A DNA stretch of 64,000 bases from Spirochaetales bacterium (GTDB lineage Bacteria; Spirochaetota; GWE2-31-10), in contig JAGANG010000008.1 of NCBI GenBank assembly GCA_017624275.1, positions 6,026-70,025 of the forward strand, in the 5' to 3' direction. The position numbers and the translations under genes are program-made. Positions within the stretch are counted from its first letter, which is position 1, and each line of letters opens with the position of its first letter. The notes under the pieces are model-generated. The model ran no database searches. It was not told where the DNA came from and saw nothing but the letters and a program-made list of their open reading frames with translations. This document shows positions 33,244 through 44,000 of the stretch, one piece after another.

Positions 33244-34044
33244 ATGAAAATTGTAGATATTCATTCGCACACATTTCCCGATTCAATAGCAAGTAAGGCT
33301 ATTTCAAAATTAGAAAAATCATCGGGAACTAAAGCTATAGGAAGCGGACTTCAAAAAGATTTGCTTCTGTCAATGCAAGAAAGCGGTGTTGATATTTCCG
33401 TTGTTGCACCGGTAGCCACATCGCCGAATTCTCACAGTATCAATTTAAAAAATATTGCGGCAAAAAAGGATTTCGGAGATTCATTATATTTTCTCGGTGC
33501 ATTGCATCCGGATACGCCGAATATCCGTGAAGAAATATCTTTTATGAAAGAAAATGGTTTTTGCGGAGTAAAACTTCATCCGGATTATCAAGATTTTTTT
33601 GTTGATGATGAAAAAATGTTCCCTATTTATGAAGAATTGGAAAAACAAGGAATGTTTTTGTTGTTACATTGCGGTGAAGATGTCAGTTTTATTAATTCCG
33701 GCAAAGGAAATCCGCAACGCACGGCTACAGTATTGAAAAAGTTTTCGGAATTGAAAATTATTGCAGCACATTTAGGCGGATATTTACGATGGGATGAAAC
33801 ATTAGAACATCTTACCGGATTTAATAATGTTTGGCTGGATACTGCTTACTGTGCGTTTAAACCGGAAGCTGAAATAATGCAGAAAATTATAAATACATTC
33901 GGTACTGAAAAAATTTTATTCGGCAGTGATTGGCCGTGGATGGAACAGAAAAAAAGTATTGATTACATAAGAAGTTTACCAATTTCGGATGAACAAAAAA
34001 GCGATATATTAGGCGGAAACGCACTGAAATTTTTTCAAAAATAA
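33244..34044 (+). CDS. Amidohydrolase family protein
   Basis: DIHSH, GVKLHP, HCG, AHLGG, LFGSDWPW. Confidence 0.88.
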   Translation: MKIVDIHSHTFPDSIASKAISKLEKSSGTKAIGSGLQKDLLLSMQESGVDISVVAPVATSPNSHSINLKNIAAKKDFGDSLYFLGALHPDTPNIREEISFMKENGFCGVKLHPDYQDFFVDDEKMFPIYEELEKQGMFLLLHCGEDVSFINSGKGNPQRTATVLKKFSELKIIAAHLGGYLRWDETLEHLTGFNNVWLDTAYCAFKPEAEIMQKIINTFGTEKILFGSDWPWMEQKKSIDYIRSLPISDEQKSDILGGNALKFFQK

Positions 34045-34090
34045 AAAAAGCAGATTTTAAGTAAAACCGTCTTAAAATCTGCTTTTTTTG
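34044..34090. terminator. Bidirectional terminator
   Basis: AAAAAAGCAGATTTTAAG / CTTAAAATCTGCTTTTTT between convergent genes. Confidence 0.85.
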
Positions 34091-34100
34091 CATTTTACGT

Positions 34101-34898
34101 TTACTCCTCTCCGAGGAAAAGTCTTGCTGCCGTATTATAAAAATAATCATCAGCGACATTCGGCATTAAGTCGTCAATAGTTTGCATTATACCGCGGTAA
34201 TATCTAAAGTGATCCGGTCCGTCAATAGGAAGATCGGAGCCGAACATTACACGATTTTTTATGCTGCTGCGTAATGCATTTACAGTTACATCCATAGGAC
34301 ACCAAGCTGTATCACAGTAAAGATTTGCTTCTTTTTTAGCGACTGCTTTTGCAATCATTTCTATAGTAAATTCACAATTTCCCATCAGATTTATATGATA
34401 AAGCACTACCGGAACTTTCGGGTGACGCTTTGCAAGCATATAAATCTTCATTGGGTCAGACGTTCCCGGAGCTGAATGAAATACACACGGTAAATTGTTA
34501 GCTTCGGCGATTTCAAGATATGGATCGTATATTTTATCATTCGCATCAATACCGATAAGAAACGGATGAAATTTTAATGCCGTGAATTTATATTCTTTTA
34601 ATGCCTGCTCTAAAGTTTCCGGTGAAGACTTCCCTACTTGGCAAACTGCGGCGGCATATAAAACACCTTCATTTTCTTTACATAATTTTATAGTTTGGCG
34701 ATTAGCTTCGAGTTCGGGAATCAGAGGATTTCCGCCTTCGACATGATTTTCTGTTTCCATTCCGGAAAGATTAGATATTAATAGTTTTGATATTTTTTCT
34801 CTTTTGATAACATCAAAAATCAGTTCATCACAATTTATGCGATCCGGCCAAGAACCATTGTGTCCATGTATATCAAATATTTTTCTGTCGGCAGTCAT
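34101..34898 (-). CDS. Amidohydrolase family protein
   Basis: DIHGH, LKFHP, FHS, MFGSDLP. Start at ATG 34898 after AAGGAG. Confidence 0.85.
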   Translation of the reverse strand: MTADRKIFDIHGHNGSWPDRINCDELIFDVIKREKISKLLISNLSGMETENHVEGGNPLIPELEANRQTIKLCKENEGVLYAAAVCQVGKSSPETLEQALKEYKFTALKFHPFLIGIDANDKIYDPYLEIAEANNLPCVFHSAPGTSDPMKIYMLAKRHPKVPVVLYHINLMGNCEFTIEMIAKAVAKKEANLYCDTAWCPMDVTVNALRSSIKNRVMFGSDLPIDGPDHFRYYRGIMQTIDDLMPNVADDYFYNTAARLFLGEE

Positions 34899-35129
34899 TA
34901 TTTCTCCTTTATATTTATTATCATCAGCTCTATTTTCAAAAAAAGTATTAACCAAAAAATTATTATAATTTATCAATCGGAATTCTTTTTATAAAGAATA
35001 AATAATAAAAAAAACAGTGAAATTACAAATATATAAAATTATAGTCGGTTGCAGTTCGGCGGTCTTTATTGTATAAGAGTTTACAGTTATTTAAGAATTA
35101 ATGTCAGAAAAAAATGGGAGATAAATACA

Positions 35130-36233
35130 ATGAAGTTAGGAATTGTGGGATTACCGAATGTAGGTAAAAGTACTTTATTTAATGCTTTAACTAAAGCCGG
35201 AGCTCAAGCGGCAAATTATCCGTTTTGTACTATTGAACCGAATGTGGGAACCGTTGCCGTACCGGATGAACGTCTGGATGCATTGGTAAAACTTTATGAA
35301 GCTGAAAGAACTGTGCCGGCATTTGTGGAATTTGTAGATATTGCCGGACTTGTAAAAGGTGCAAGTAAAGGTGAAGGTTTGGGAAATAAATTTCTTGCTC
35401 ATATACGTGAAGTTGATGCGATTGTACATGTTGTAAGATGTTTTCAAGATAAAGACGTTATTCATGTTGACGGCGGAGTAAATCCGGAACGAGATATTGA
35501 AACTATCGAAACCGAATTGATTCTTGCCGATATGGACGCTATGGAAAAACGTATTGAAAAACAAGAAAAATCTTTAAAAGGTTGCAAAGATAAAAAACTT
35601 GTTGAAGAATTGGAAATGATGAAACGTTTAGCTGCTCACTTGGGTGAAGGAAAAAGTGCCAGAACTTTTACGGAAGATGAAGAGGAACGAGAAATGCTTA
35701 AAGGTTATTTCTTGCTGACTTCCAAGCCGATTATTTTTGCATCAAATGTAAGCGAAACCGAAGTTGCATCGGCAAGTGCAGAAAACAACCAATTTATAAA
35801 AGTAGTAGAAGAGCGTGCAGCGAAAGAAAATGCCCAAATGGTAATAATATCAGCAAAAGTTGAAGAAGAAATTGCACAGCTTGAGGGTGAAGAAAAGGCG
35901 ATGTTTCTTGATGAATTGGGATTTAAAGAGTCCGGACTTGATCGCTTAATCAGAGCTTCTTATAAACTTTTGGGATTGTTCAGTTATCTTACAGCGGGAA
36001 AACAAGAAGTCAGAGCATGGACAATTCCCGTAGGTACAAAAGCACCTCAAGCGGCGGGTAAAATTCATACAGATTTTGAAAAAGGTTTTATTCGAGCAGA
36101 AATTGTCGGTTATGATGATTTAATGCAATATGGTTCTGTAAATGCTGCCCGAGAACACGGAAAAGTACGTGTGGAAGGAAAAGATTATGTAATGCAAGAC
36201 GGCGACGTGGTGCATTTTAGATTTAATGTCTAA
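35130..36233 (+). CDS. ychF: Redox-regulated ATPase YchF
   Basis: GLPNVGKSTLFN, NYPFCTIEPN, DIAGLVKGAS.GEGLGN, C-terminal FRFNV. Confidence 0.97.
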   Translation: MKLGIVGLPNVGKSTLFNALTKAGAQAANYPFCTIEPNVGTVAVPDERLDALVKLYEAERTVPAFVEFVDIAGLVKGASKGEGLGNKFLAHIREVDAIVHVVRCFQDKDVIHVDGGVNPERDIETIETELILADMDAMEKRIEKQEKSLKGCKDKKLVEELEMMKRLAAHLGEGKSARTFTEDEEEREMLKGYFLLTSKPIIFASNVSETEVASASAENNQFIKVVEERAAKENAQMVIISAKVEEEIAQLEGEEKAMFLDELGFKESGLDRLIRASYKLLGLFSYLTAGKQEVRAWTIPVGTKAPQAAGKIHTDFEKGFIRAEIVGYDDLMQYGSVNAAREHGKVRVEGKDYVMQDGDVVHFRFNV

Positions 36234-36262
36234 ATAAAAAATTATTAATTAAGGAGAAACTT

Positions 36263-36514
36263 ATGATTGAAAACGGAATTGAAAAATTTCACTTAAATAA
36301 CTGCCCGGAATGCGGCGGAGCTCATGTGGTAAAAATTGATGTTTATCGTGATATTCTTCCTAATGACATTAACAAGGATATTCGTGTACCATTGATGAAA
36401 CAAGTTGATGTACATGTTATTTGCCCGAAAACAGAGAAGTCTTTTCAGACTAATATTATGTATCAGGAAGATGTTTATTCAAAAGTAGTAAAATTGTGTC
36501 GTTGCTATGAGTAA
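36263..36514 (+). CDS. Small hypothetical protein, possible Zn ribbon
   Basis: AAGGAG RBS; CPECGGAH and CPKT motifs; terminator follows. Confidence 0.65.
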   Translation: MIENGIEKFHLNNCPECGGAHVVKIDVYRDILPNDINKDIRVPLMKQVDVHVICPKTEKSFQTNIMYQEDVYSKVVKLCRCYE

Positions 36515-36531
36515 AAATTAACAGCAATAAG

Positions 36532-36560
36532 AAGAGTTGCACTTCAGCAGCTCTTTTTTT
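36532..36560 (+). terminator. Intrinsic terminator
   Basis: AAGAGTTGC-acttca-GCAGCTCTT followed by a T tract. Confidence 0.7.
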
Positions 36561-36575
36561 GTAAGGAAAGCAAAA

Positions 36576-37319
36576 ATGATAAATTACAAGAAAATTATAT
36601 GTATGTTTATTGCGTTATGGCTGACATTTATATTGGCTGCTGAAGAGCCGGTAAAAATGGTTAAAATACCGGGAAAAGATTACGAAATGTCAGCTACGGA
36701 AATAACTCAAAAAATTTATGAATCTGTCATGGGTGAAAATCCCAGTAAATTTAAAGGAGAAAACCTTCCCGTAGAAACAGTAAGTTGGTATGATGCGATA
36801 TATTTTTGCAACAAACTAAGCGTAAAATACGGTTACACGCCTGTATATTCAGTGGACGGAACTAAAGATGTAACAAAATGGAAATACACACCGCACCATA
36901 AAAATATAATAAACGGAAAAATTACTCAAAATATCTCTGCCGACGGATTCAGATTACCTACAATGGACGAATGGGAATATGCTGCTAACGGCGGACATGA
37001 CTACAAATACGCCGGCAGTGACAATATAGACGAAGTCGCTTGGTATAGCGGGAACAGCCATAACACCTCACATCCTGTAGCACAGAAAAAAGCTAACGGT
37101 TACGGATTGTACGATATGACCGGCAATGTGTGGGAATGGTGTTGGAATTCTTATTATAATGACGACGATAATTATCTGCGTGGCGGTAGTTGGGATGTGA
37201 CAGTGTACCTTTGCCATGTATACCTTAGAAAATCAAGCTATGCTTATTCCTGCGACTACGACTTCGGTATTCGTGTGGTACGTACGGCTACTCCTCGGTT
37301 ATTGAACTTGGTAAAATGA
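36576..37319 (+). CDS. Secreted FGE-sulfatase / C-type-lectin-fold protein
   Basis: Signal peptide; PVETVSWYDA..FCN, GFRLPT..EWEYAA, N.YGLYDMTGNVWEWC, RGGSW, G.RVVR. Confidence 0.9.
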   Translation: MINYKKIICMFIALWLTFILAAEEPVKMVKIPGKDYEMSATEITQKIYESVMGENPSKFKGENLPVETVSWYDAIYFCNKLSVKYGYTPVYSVDGTKDVTKWKYTPHHKNIINGKITQNISADGFRLPTMDEWEYAANGGHDYKYAGSDNIDEVAWYSGNSHNTSHPVAQKKANGYGLYDMTGNVWEWCWNSYYNDDDNYLRGGSWDVTVYLCHVYLRKSSYAYSCDYDFGIRVVRTATPRLLNLVK

Positions 37320-37435
37320 ACTGTCGATAAAATGTTATGCTGAATTTATTTTCAGAGCCTTAAATAGAAAAAAGTTGTTTAAATATTAAATAACTAAGTT
37401 CGCATTCTAGATTAAAATCAAAATTTATCATCTAT

Positions 37436-37463
37436 AAGGAGTGGATTTTTCCGCTCCTTTTTG
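37436..37463 (+). terminator. Intrinsic terminator
   Basis: AAGGAGTGGA / TCCGCTCCTT followed by a T tract. Confidence 0.65.
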
Positions 37464-37472
37464 TTTGCTCTT

Positions 37473-38025
37473 GTTAAATACCGAAATGGAATTAACGGTG
37501 AGTTTGCTATGCAAACGAACAATGATGAGTTCGTAGAACGAATGAAATGTTTTCGCAAGAAAACATCAGGTGAAACGGAGTATTTAACGATAGTTAAATA
37601 CCGAGCATAAGTTTGGCGAAAAAAGTTGAAGTTCCCTCGTAAAACGCCATTTAAACGACATTTCAGACCGTACAGTTCGACTACGCTCACTGACCGAAAA
37701 ATGAAAAAATGAATACAAAATAAGAGCATGAACTACCAAAAGTCAGAAGCGTTCTTTTCTTTTAGGGGTATAAGGGGAACTTTTCTTTTTATCGCAAAAA
37801 AGAAAAGCTCCCCTTAAAACTCCGTTGTTTTCTGAACAACAAAAACGCTTCAATGCCGGCTCTGCCGGCAAAAAAAGCCCCAAACCTTGCAAAGGTTTAA
37901 AAAAACTTTGAACCAAAGTTGCATTTCAAGGCGGACTCGTCCGCAGAACCGATTAAAACCCAAAATGGTTTTAAAAAAGCTTTGAACAAAGCTTTATCCC
38001 CGTGCCGGCTTGCCCGGCAGAACCG
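37473..38025. repeat. Intergenic mosaic of short palindromes (REP/MITE-like or structured non-coding element)
   Basis: More than a dozen hairpins in about 550 bp; shares modules with the 106-bp repeat. Confidence 0.7.
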
Positions 38026-38040
38026 CCCCCCGCCCCAAAA

Positions 38041-38070
38041 TAAAAAAACGGAAAGCCCGAAGACTTTCCG
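38041..38070 (-). terminator. Terminator of the giant lipoprotein operon
   Basis: CGGAAAG / CTTTCCG stem followed by T7 on the minus strand. Confidence 0.75.
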
Positions 38071-38089
38071 CTGTTAGGAAATAGTATAC

Positions 38090-41000
38090 CTAAAAAGCAT
38101 TATACGTTGTTGTACCATTATAAGATATATCCTCTGATTTATTATGAGCCGTATCAAAATTAGGTGATGCCCCAGCTGGCATTCGGGCAACTTTAAATCC
38201 TGTACATCCTGACGGTAACACAAAAGTTGCTGACGTCGAAGATTTCTTAGTCACATTTACCCATTTACCGCTAACACTACCGCCCCATACCCAAACATAA
38301 AGAACTGCACTGTCGTTCCATACCCAATCAGGAACTGTCAAAGTAATAGTTACACCGCTACCGGTATTTCCGCTGTCACCTGACGAACCACCGCCGTCTA
38401 CTTCTGGTGCATTAATATAATCACAACTACCCGGTTTGGTTACTTCATTTTCACTTCCAATCCATCTATTATCAGTTTTATCATCATGGTATGCATTAGG
38501 ATCATATTCTTTCCATTGGAATGACTTCAAAATATGCCAAGTTACCCAACAAGAACTTCCGCCTTGAGCCGTAGATAAAATGTCATACCAACTTGCTGGA
38601 AACTCTGTAGTAGCCGATACTCCTCCGGTACTGTCGGAACCTCGTACATAATGAGAACTTCCAAGTTTGATTACAGTTTTATATGCCAATTCTTTGTATA
38701 CTTCTCCGCCGGTCAAACCGTCTTTGGTAGTTTTTGCCCATAGTTTAAAAATTGCACCGTCTTGGTCATTAGTGACTTTTAATGTTTCCTCTGATGAATA
38801 AGAAGCAAAACTTGTCGGATTTTTTACTTTATCTACTGAATTGCTGTCACTATTTACCGGATTGTTACTTTGTGCAAAATACAATTCAGCATCATGCATT
38901 TCACTGCTGACTTTTACACCTGTAGTATACGGCTGATTACCAGGTCCTTGTCCTGATTTTTTATTGATACGTATCACCGGCGTAGCTGTAGGTCCGGTTT
39001 CAAATTGAACATTACTTCCGGATTCTTCAGCACATTCGTTTCCGACCATATCCATGAATGTACCTTCGGTAAATGTCACTTTGTAGATGATACCTTTTTG
39101 TAACTTAGACGGAAGTTGTATCGTTACGACAGAAGTTGCATTAGTTGATGAATTTTTACCTATCGTTACAAGTCCGCTGTTTACGTCAATCGTAGTTACA
39201 TTATATTCTTTATCAGCAAAGTAATTATAAACTGCCTTTTGTGTTGAATCAGTAATACCACTTGCACTTGCATAAGCACCGTGGTCAATATCGTATTTCA
39301 ACACATATTTCGCATTTGTATCCGGTTCTGTACCGTTGTTATTCACCGTACCGATACATCGCTGAATATACCAATTGCTGATTTTAGCCTTGTGTGTGTT
39401 GTAGTCGTCTACTTCCATCACGGCAGGGTAACTTTTGTAAACACGTTCAATTTTGATACTTCCGCTTCCCTTGCTGACACCTTCGTTAAAATTCAAAACT
39501 ATATTCGAATCTGTCGCAGTGTCTTGAAGTATAGTATTCAAAGTTCCGGTCTTTGTACTGCCTGAATGAGCCGTCATAGAAAAACCGTTTATTACCGGAG
39601 CGGTTGTATCTATTTTGATATCCTTACCGGCAAAGTTCGCAAAATCATCATTTAAAATTGTTATGTTATTACCGGCAATATCGGTTATACTTCCACTTAC
39701 ACTCTCTGCCTCAAGTCTAATAGTATCATGTCCGCTCAATGCAGTATATGTAGCTGTCGCAGTATTGCTGTCTGTTATATTATCGAATGTTACCATTGCC
39801 TCGGTATTCAAAGTAACCGTTATGTTTCCGGTTACATTTTCAGTAAATTCTGCAGTAATAGTAAATTTATCGCCGTTTTTGTACGATCCGCTGCCGGCTG
39901 TAGTACTGATACTCTTGATTGCCGGCGGTGCAGTATCTACTATTATTTCTATCGCATCTGCCCACAGTGACTTATTTCCTGCAATATCTACCTGATATGC
40001 AGTAATAGGATGTCGTCCCTCTGTCGTAGGTGTAGAGAAAGATTGTCCCTGTTGAGAATTTGCACCTCCGTCAACGGAATAATAGAATGTAGCACCGGCT
40101 TCACCTTTCAAAGTTACTTCTTTTGCAGCATTATAAATTTTGCCGACAGAGATTCCGCCCAATGTCGGAGCTACACATACAGTATCAATCTCGATATTTC
40201 TGCTGTCATGTTTCAAAGTCGTTGCGTCAGCTAATCCGGCACTCAAAGTATTTCCTGCAATATCTTGGATATTATTCGGATAAATATTTGCCGTAATACC
40301 CAAATCAGTCTTATCATCACCGCCGGCTACAGTATAAGTATAGTAAAGTGTCTTTTTGTCGTCACTTGTTCCTGTATAAACAGCCTTTTTATTATTATTT
40401 AGTGTTACATTCGAGTCTCCGCTGATTGTTACGGCTTCATCAAACGCTACAGCAATTTCTACACTGTCGCCTGCATTTAGGTAATTCTTTGAATCTATTA
40501 CCGGTGTTCCTCCGAGACTCTTGACTGTATATCCTGTTAATTTCGGAGCTGCTGTATCGATACTGATTACATTACTTGTTTTCGGAAGGTTAGTCGCCGT
40601 GATAGTTCCGTTTACCACTCCTGCACTAACAGAGCCGTCTACACCCACAAATGAAGTAACTAAAGCACCTGTAGCACTGTCAATAATAGTACCGGCAAAG
40701 TTTTTTACATAAAGAGCAGTTACATCATCCCCGTCTTCTGTAGTGTAATTTACTGTATAAACACTCTTACCGTCCGGTTTAAATGTAATCGGTTTATTAT
40801 TACTCAATGTTAATGTAACATTACTGTTACTTTTGATTGCCTTGTGAAATTCCAATGTCAACGGAATCAATACTCCGGCTTTGTATACACCGCTCGGTTT
40901 TGTAGTAGTGATAGATTTCAATCCTGTAGGACGCAAATCTACTACTACTGTTTTCATTTGAGATAAACTCGATACGTTTCCGGCAATATCTGTTTGTTTT

Positions 41001-44000
41001 GCCAATACATTAAAAGTATTAAGATTGTTATTACCTTCTTTCGGCAAAGTTATTGCACCTGTATATGTCTCGTAACTACCGCCGGCATCCAATGAAAACT
41101 CTATCATTGCATTTCCTTCTGTTCCGCCGATTGTCATTCCCACAGATTGTGTAAATGAAGACGCATTCGAATTTCCGGCTATAGATACAGTTGGTGTAGC
41201 AGGCTCTGTAGTATCAATCACGATATTTTTGCTGTTATATTTCAATATCGTTTCACTTAATCCGGCATTCAATGTATTACCGGCATCATCCTGAATATTT
41301 GTCGGATAAACATTCTGCAAAATACTCAAAGGACTTGCTGTTCCTGCGACAACTTTGTATTCATAAATCAATGTTTTATCATCATCATCAACATTTGGTA
41401 AATACACAGCATTTTCACCACTGTTCAACGACAACACAGACGTTCCTACGACACCCACCTTTTCGCTGAAAGTTACTTTTACTTTCACCGTATCACCGGC
41501 ATTCAAATAATAGTTACCATCAGTGTCAATGTGCATTTCGTCACTGACACTTTCTACTGAATAACTACTTATTGTAGGGGCATTCGTATCAATAAGGATT
41601 TCATTTCCGCTAAAGTTATCAACCAAATTTGCAAAAGAAGCAGAAATCTTATTATCTACAGTTGTATTGCTTTCATCCGTAAACGTTCCGCTTATTCCCT
41701 TTTCTTTATTAACTTTCAAGTATCCATTTTTTGTATCCTCTCCGGAAGCGATTGTATAAACAGTCTGATGACTGATTGCCAAAGTATTGGTATTTGCAAA
41801 TTCTAATACTTTGCCATTGTTTAAAGTTAGCTTCAATCCGCTGAACTTAACTTTCTTTGTAAAAAGCAACGTAACAGGTATCTCATCGCCGGCTTTGTAC
41901 ACACCGTTTACCTTTGTAGTAGTAATTTTTGAGATTCCCATTTCTTGCAAATCTACGGTAACTGTTATTTTATCAGAAGGTTTAGACATATTTCCGGCTT
42001 TGTCTGTTTGTTTTGCCATTATATAGAAAGTCTTTTTACTTCCCGTATCTCCTAAAACTTTTGATATTCCGACGAAATAATCAGCTCCGCCGTTGATTGA
42101 ATATTCAATCTTTTCACCATTACCTTCTCCGCTGATTTCCATTGTTAATTGTTCGGAAACGTTGCCAATGTTTGTAGCTACCTTATATCCCCCAGCATCT
42201 TTAAATGTCACGGAAGGAGCATCCGGAGTTATCGTATCAATCACGATTGTCTTTTCGTTATGTTTCAAAGTCGTCGATTCTGCCGGTTTGGTTTCAAATT
42301 TATTTCCTGCAATATCCTGAACATTGTTTGGAATAACCTTTTCGGCAATACACAAACTTGCACTGTTTTCACCGCTGGCTACGGTATAAGTATAGTAAAG
42401 CGTTCTTCTGTCACTGCTTGTACCCACGTATGAAGCTGATTTTCCATGACTTAGTTCAATCTTTGAATCACCGCTGATCATTACCGGTTCTTCAAAAACT
42501 GCCGCAATTTTTACAGTATCACCTGCATTCAAATAATAGTTACCATCAGTGTCAATGTGCATTTCGTCACTGATACTTTCTATTTGGTATCCGTCAAACT
42601 TAGGAGCTGTTTTATCAATTTGAATATTTTTTGTTTTAAAATCATCTGAAAATCCTTCCCCCATAACAAGCTTGCAATCATCGCCTTCCACTGCAACTTT
42701 GTTACCGGCTGTATCGGTGAAGATTCCTCCGGTGATTTCTTTTATCTGCAATTTTTTAACATAACCGATAGGACTGACATCATTAATATCGCTGTCGCCG
42801 GTTCCTACGGAGTAAGTTCCTTTGTGCATTGCGGAATATGCATTACTCGACACAACAAATGTAACATAGCCATTGTTATTAAAAGTCAATTTAATATCGC
42901 CGTTACCGCTTTTTACCGCATTTACTTTTTTACTGAATGTCAAAGTTACGGGTATTTCCGTACCTGCTTTATATAATCCGTTAATCGCAGTAGTAGTAAT
43001 GCTTGAAAGTAACGGCACACCTTTGTCAACCTTAAAAGTCGCAGATGATACATCTGATATATTGCCTGCATAGTCTACAAGCTGAGCTTTTACAGTCCAG
43101 TCATGCTCTGCATTATCTGTATTTGTAGTATAACAGTTCATATAATCCCAATTCTGCACCGTCCTTCCGGGAATAGAAGCATACATTTTTACTTTTGATG
43201 TGACTTCTCCGTCTGCCGGTTTTGGAGTAATTGTAATATTTTCTATATAACCTGTAGCTTTTCCGGTATACACATATCCCATTGCTCGTTGATTATTATC
43301 AGGGTTAAAGCCGTCTACATCTCCGTCCTTATCTGTGAAAATAAATGTCGGAGCATCCGGCTTTGTTGTATCGATAATAATCGAAATCTCTTCTGTACCA
43401 TTAGAAATTGCTTTTTTTAATGCAACCTCTTCTCCGATTGTATTTTTTCCCTCTTCTGTACTGCCGACAACTTTGTTTCCGGCTTCATCCGTCACTTTAC
43501 CTACAAAAGCATCGCAATGTAAATTTTTGTCGGCTGTATCATCTCCTGCCGCTACGGTATAAACAAAATACAAAATACTAGAACCTGCACCGGTTTTGTA
43601 TTGTGCTCGTACCGGTTTACCATCCTTAGTCATATTCAATTCCAAATACGGTTGTTCATCTCCCAATACAACAGTCTCATTAAATCTTGCTTCTAATGTG
43701 ACTGTCTTACCTGCATTTAGATAATAATTTTTACCATTCTTTTCATAAGGCTCAATACTCACATCTGAAACGTAAACACCATCAAATATAGGAGCCTTAG
43801 TATCAATTTTTATTTTTAGTTCAGCCAAACTGCCGGATTCGGTATCTTTCGGAAATTTTTTAAAATCCATTTCATTACCAGCATTATCTTTTACTGTTTC
43901 AGTATCACTAAATGCATAGAACGGAACATAAATATCCAGAAACTGATTTTCAGTATTATCCCCTTCTTTTACCGTATACAAAAATTCCAACGTATCAGAA

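Noticed and set aside
37522-37545. Hammerhead ribozyme (ATGATGAG-stem-CGAAT resembles CUGAUGAG-stem-CGAAA)
   Set aside because: C3 is A, which breaks the C3-G8 pair, and A15.1 is T; no convincing stems I and III with an NUH site. Only the tandem-GA motif is shared.
37418-37729. 103-aa minus-strand ORF
   Set aside because: It lies across the palindrome mosaic and has no RBS or recognisable motif.
37320-38090. DGR template repeat downstream of the FGE gene
   Set aside because: No AAC-rich copy of the CGTGGCGGTAGTTGG region and no RT gene.
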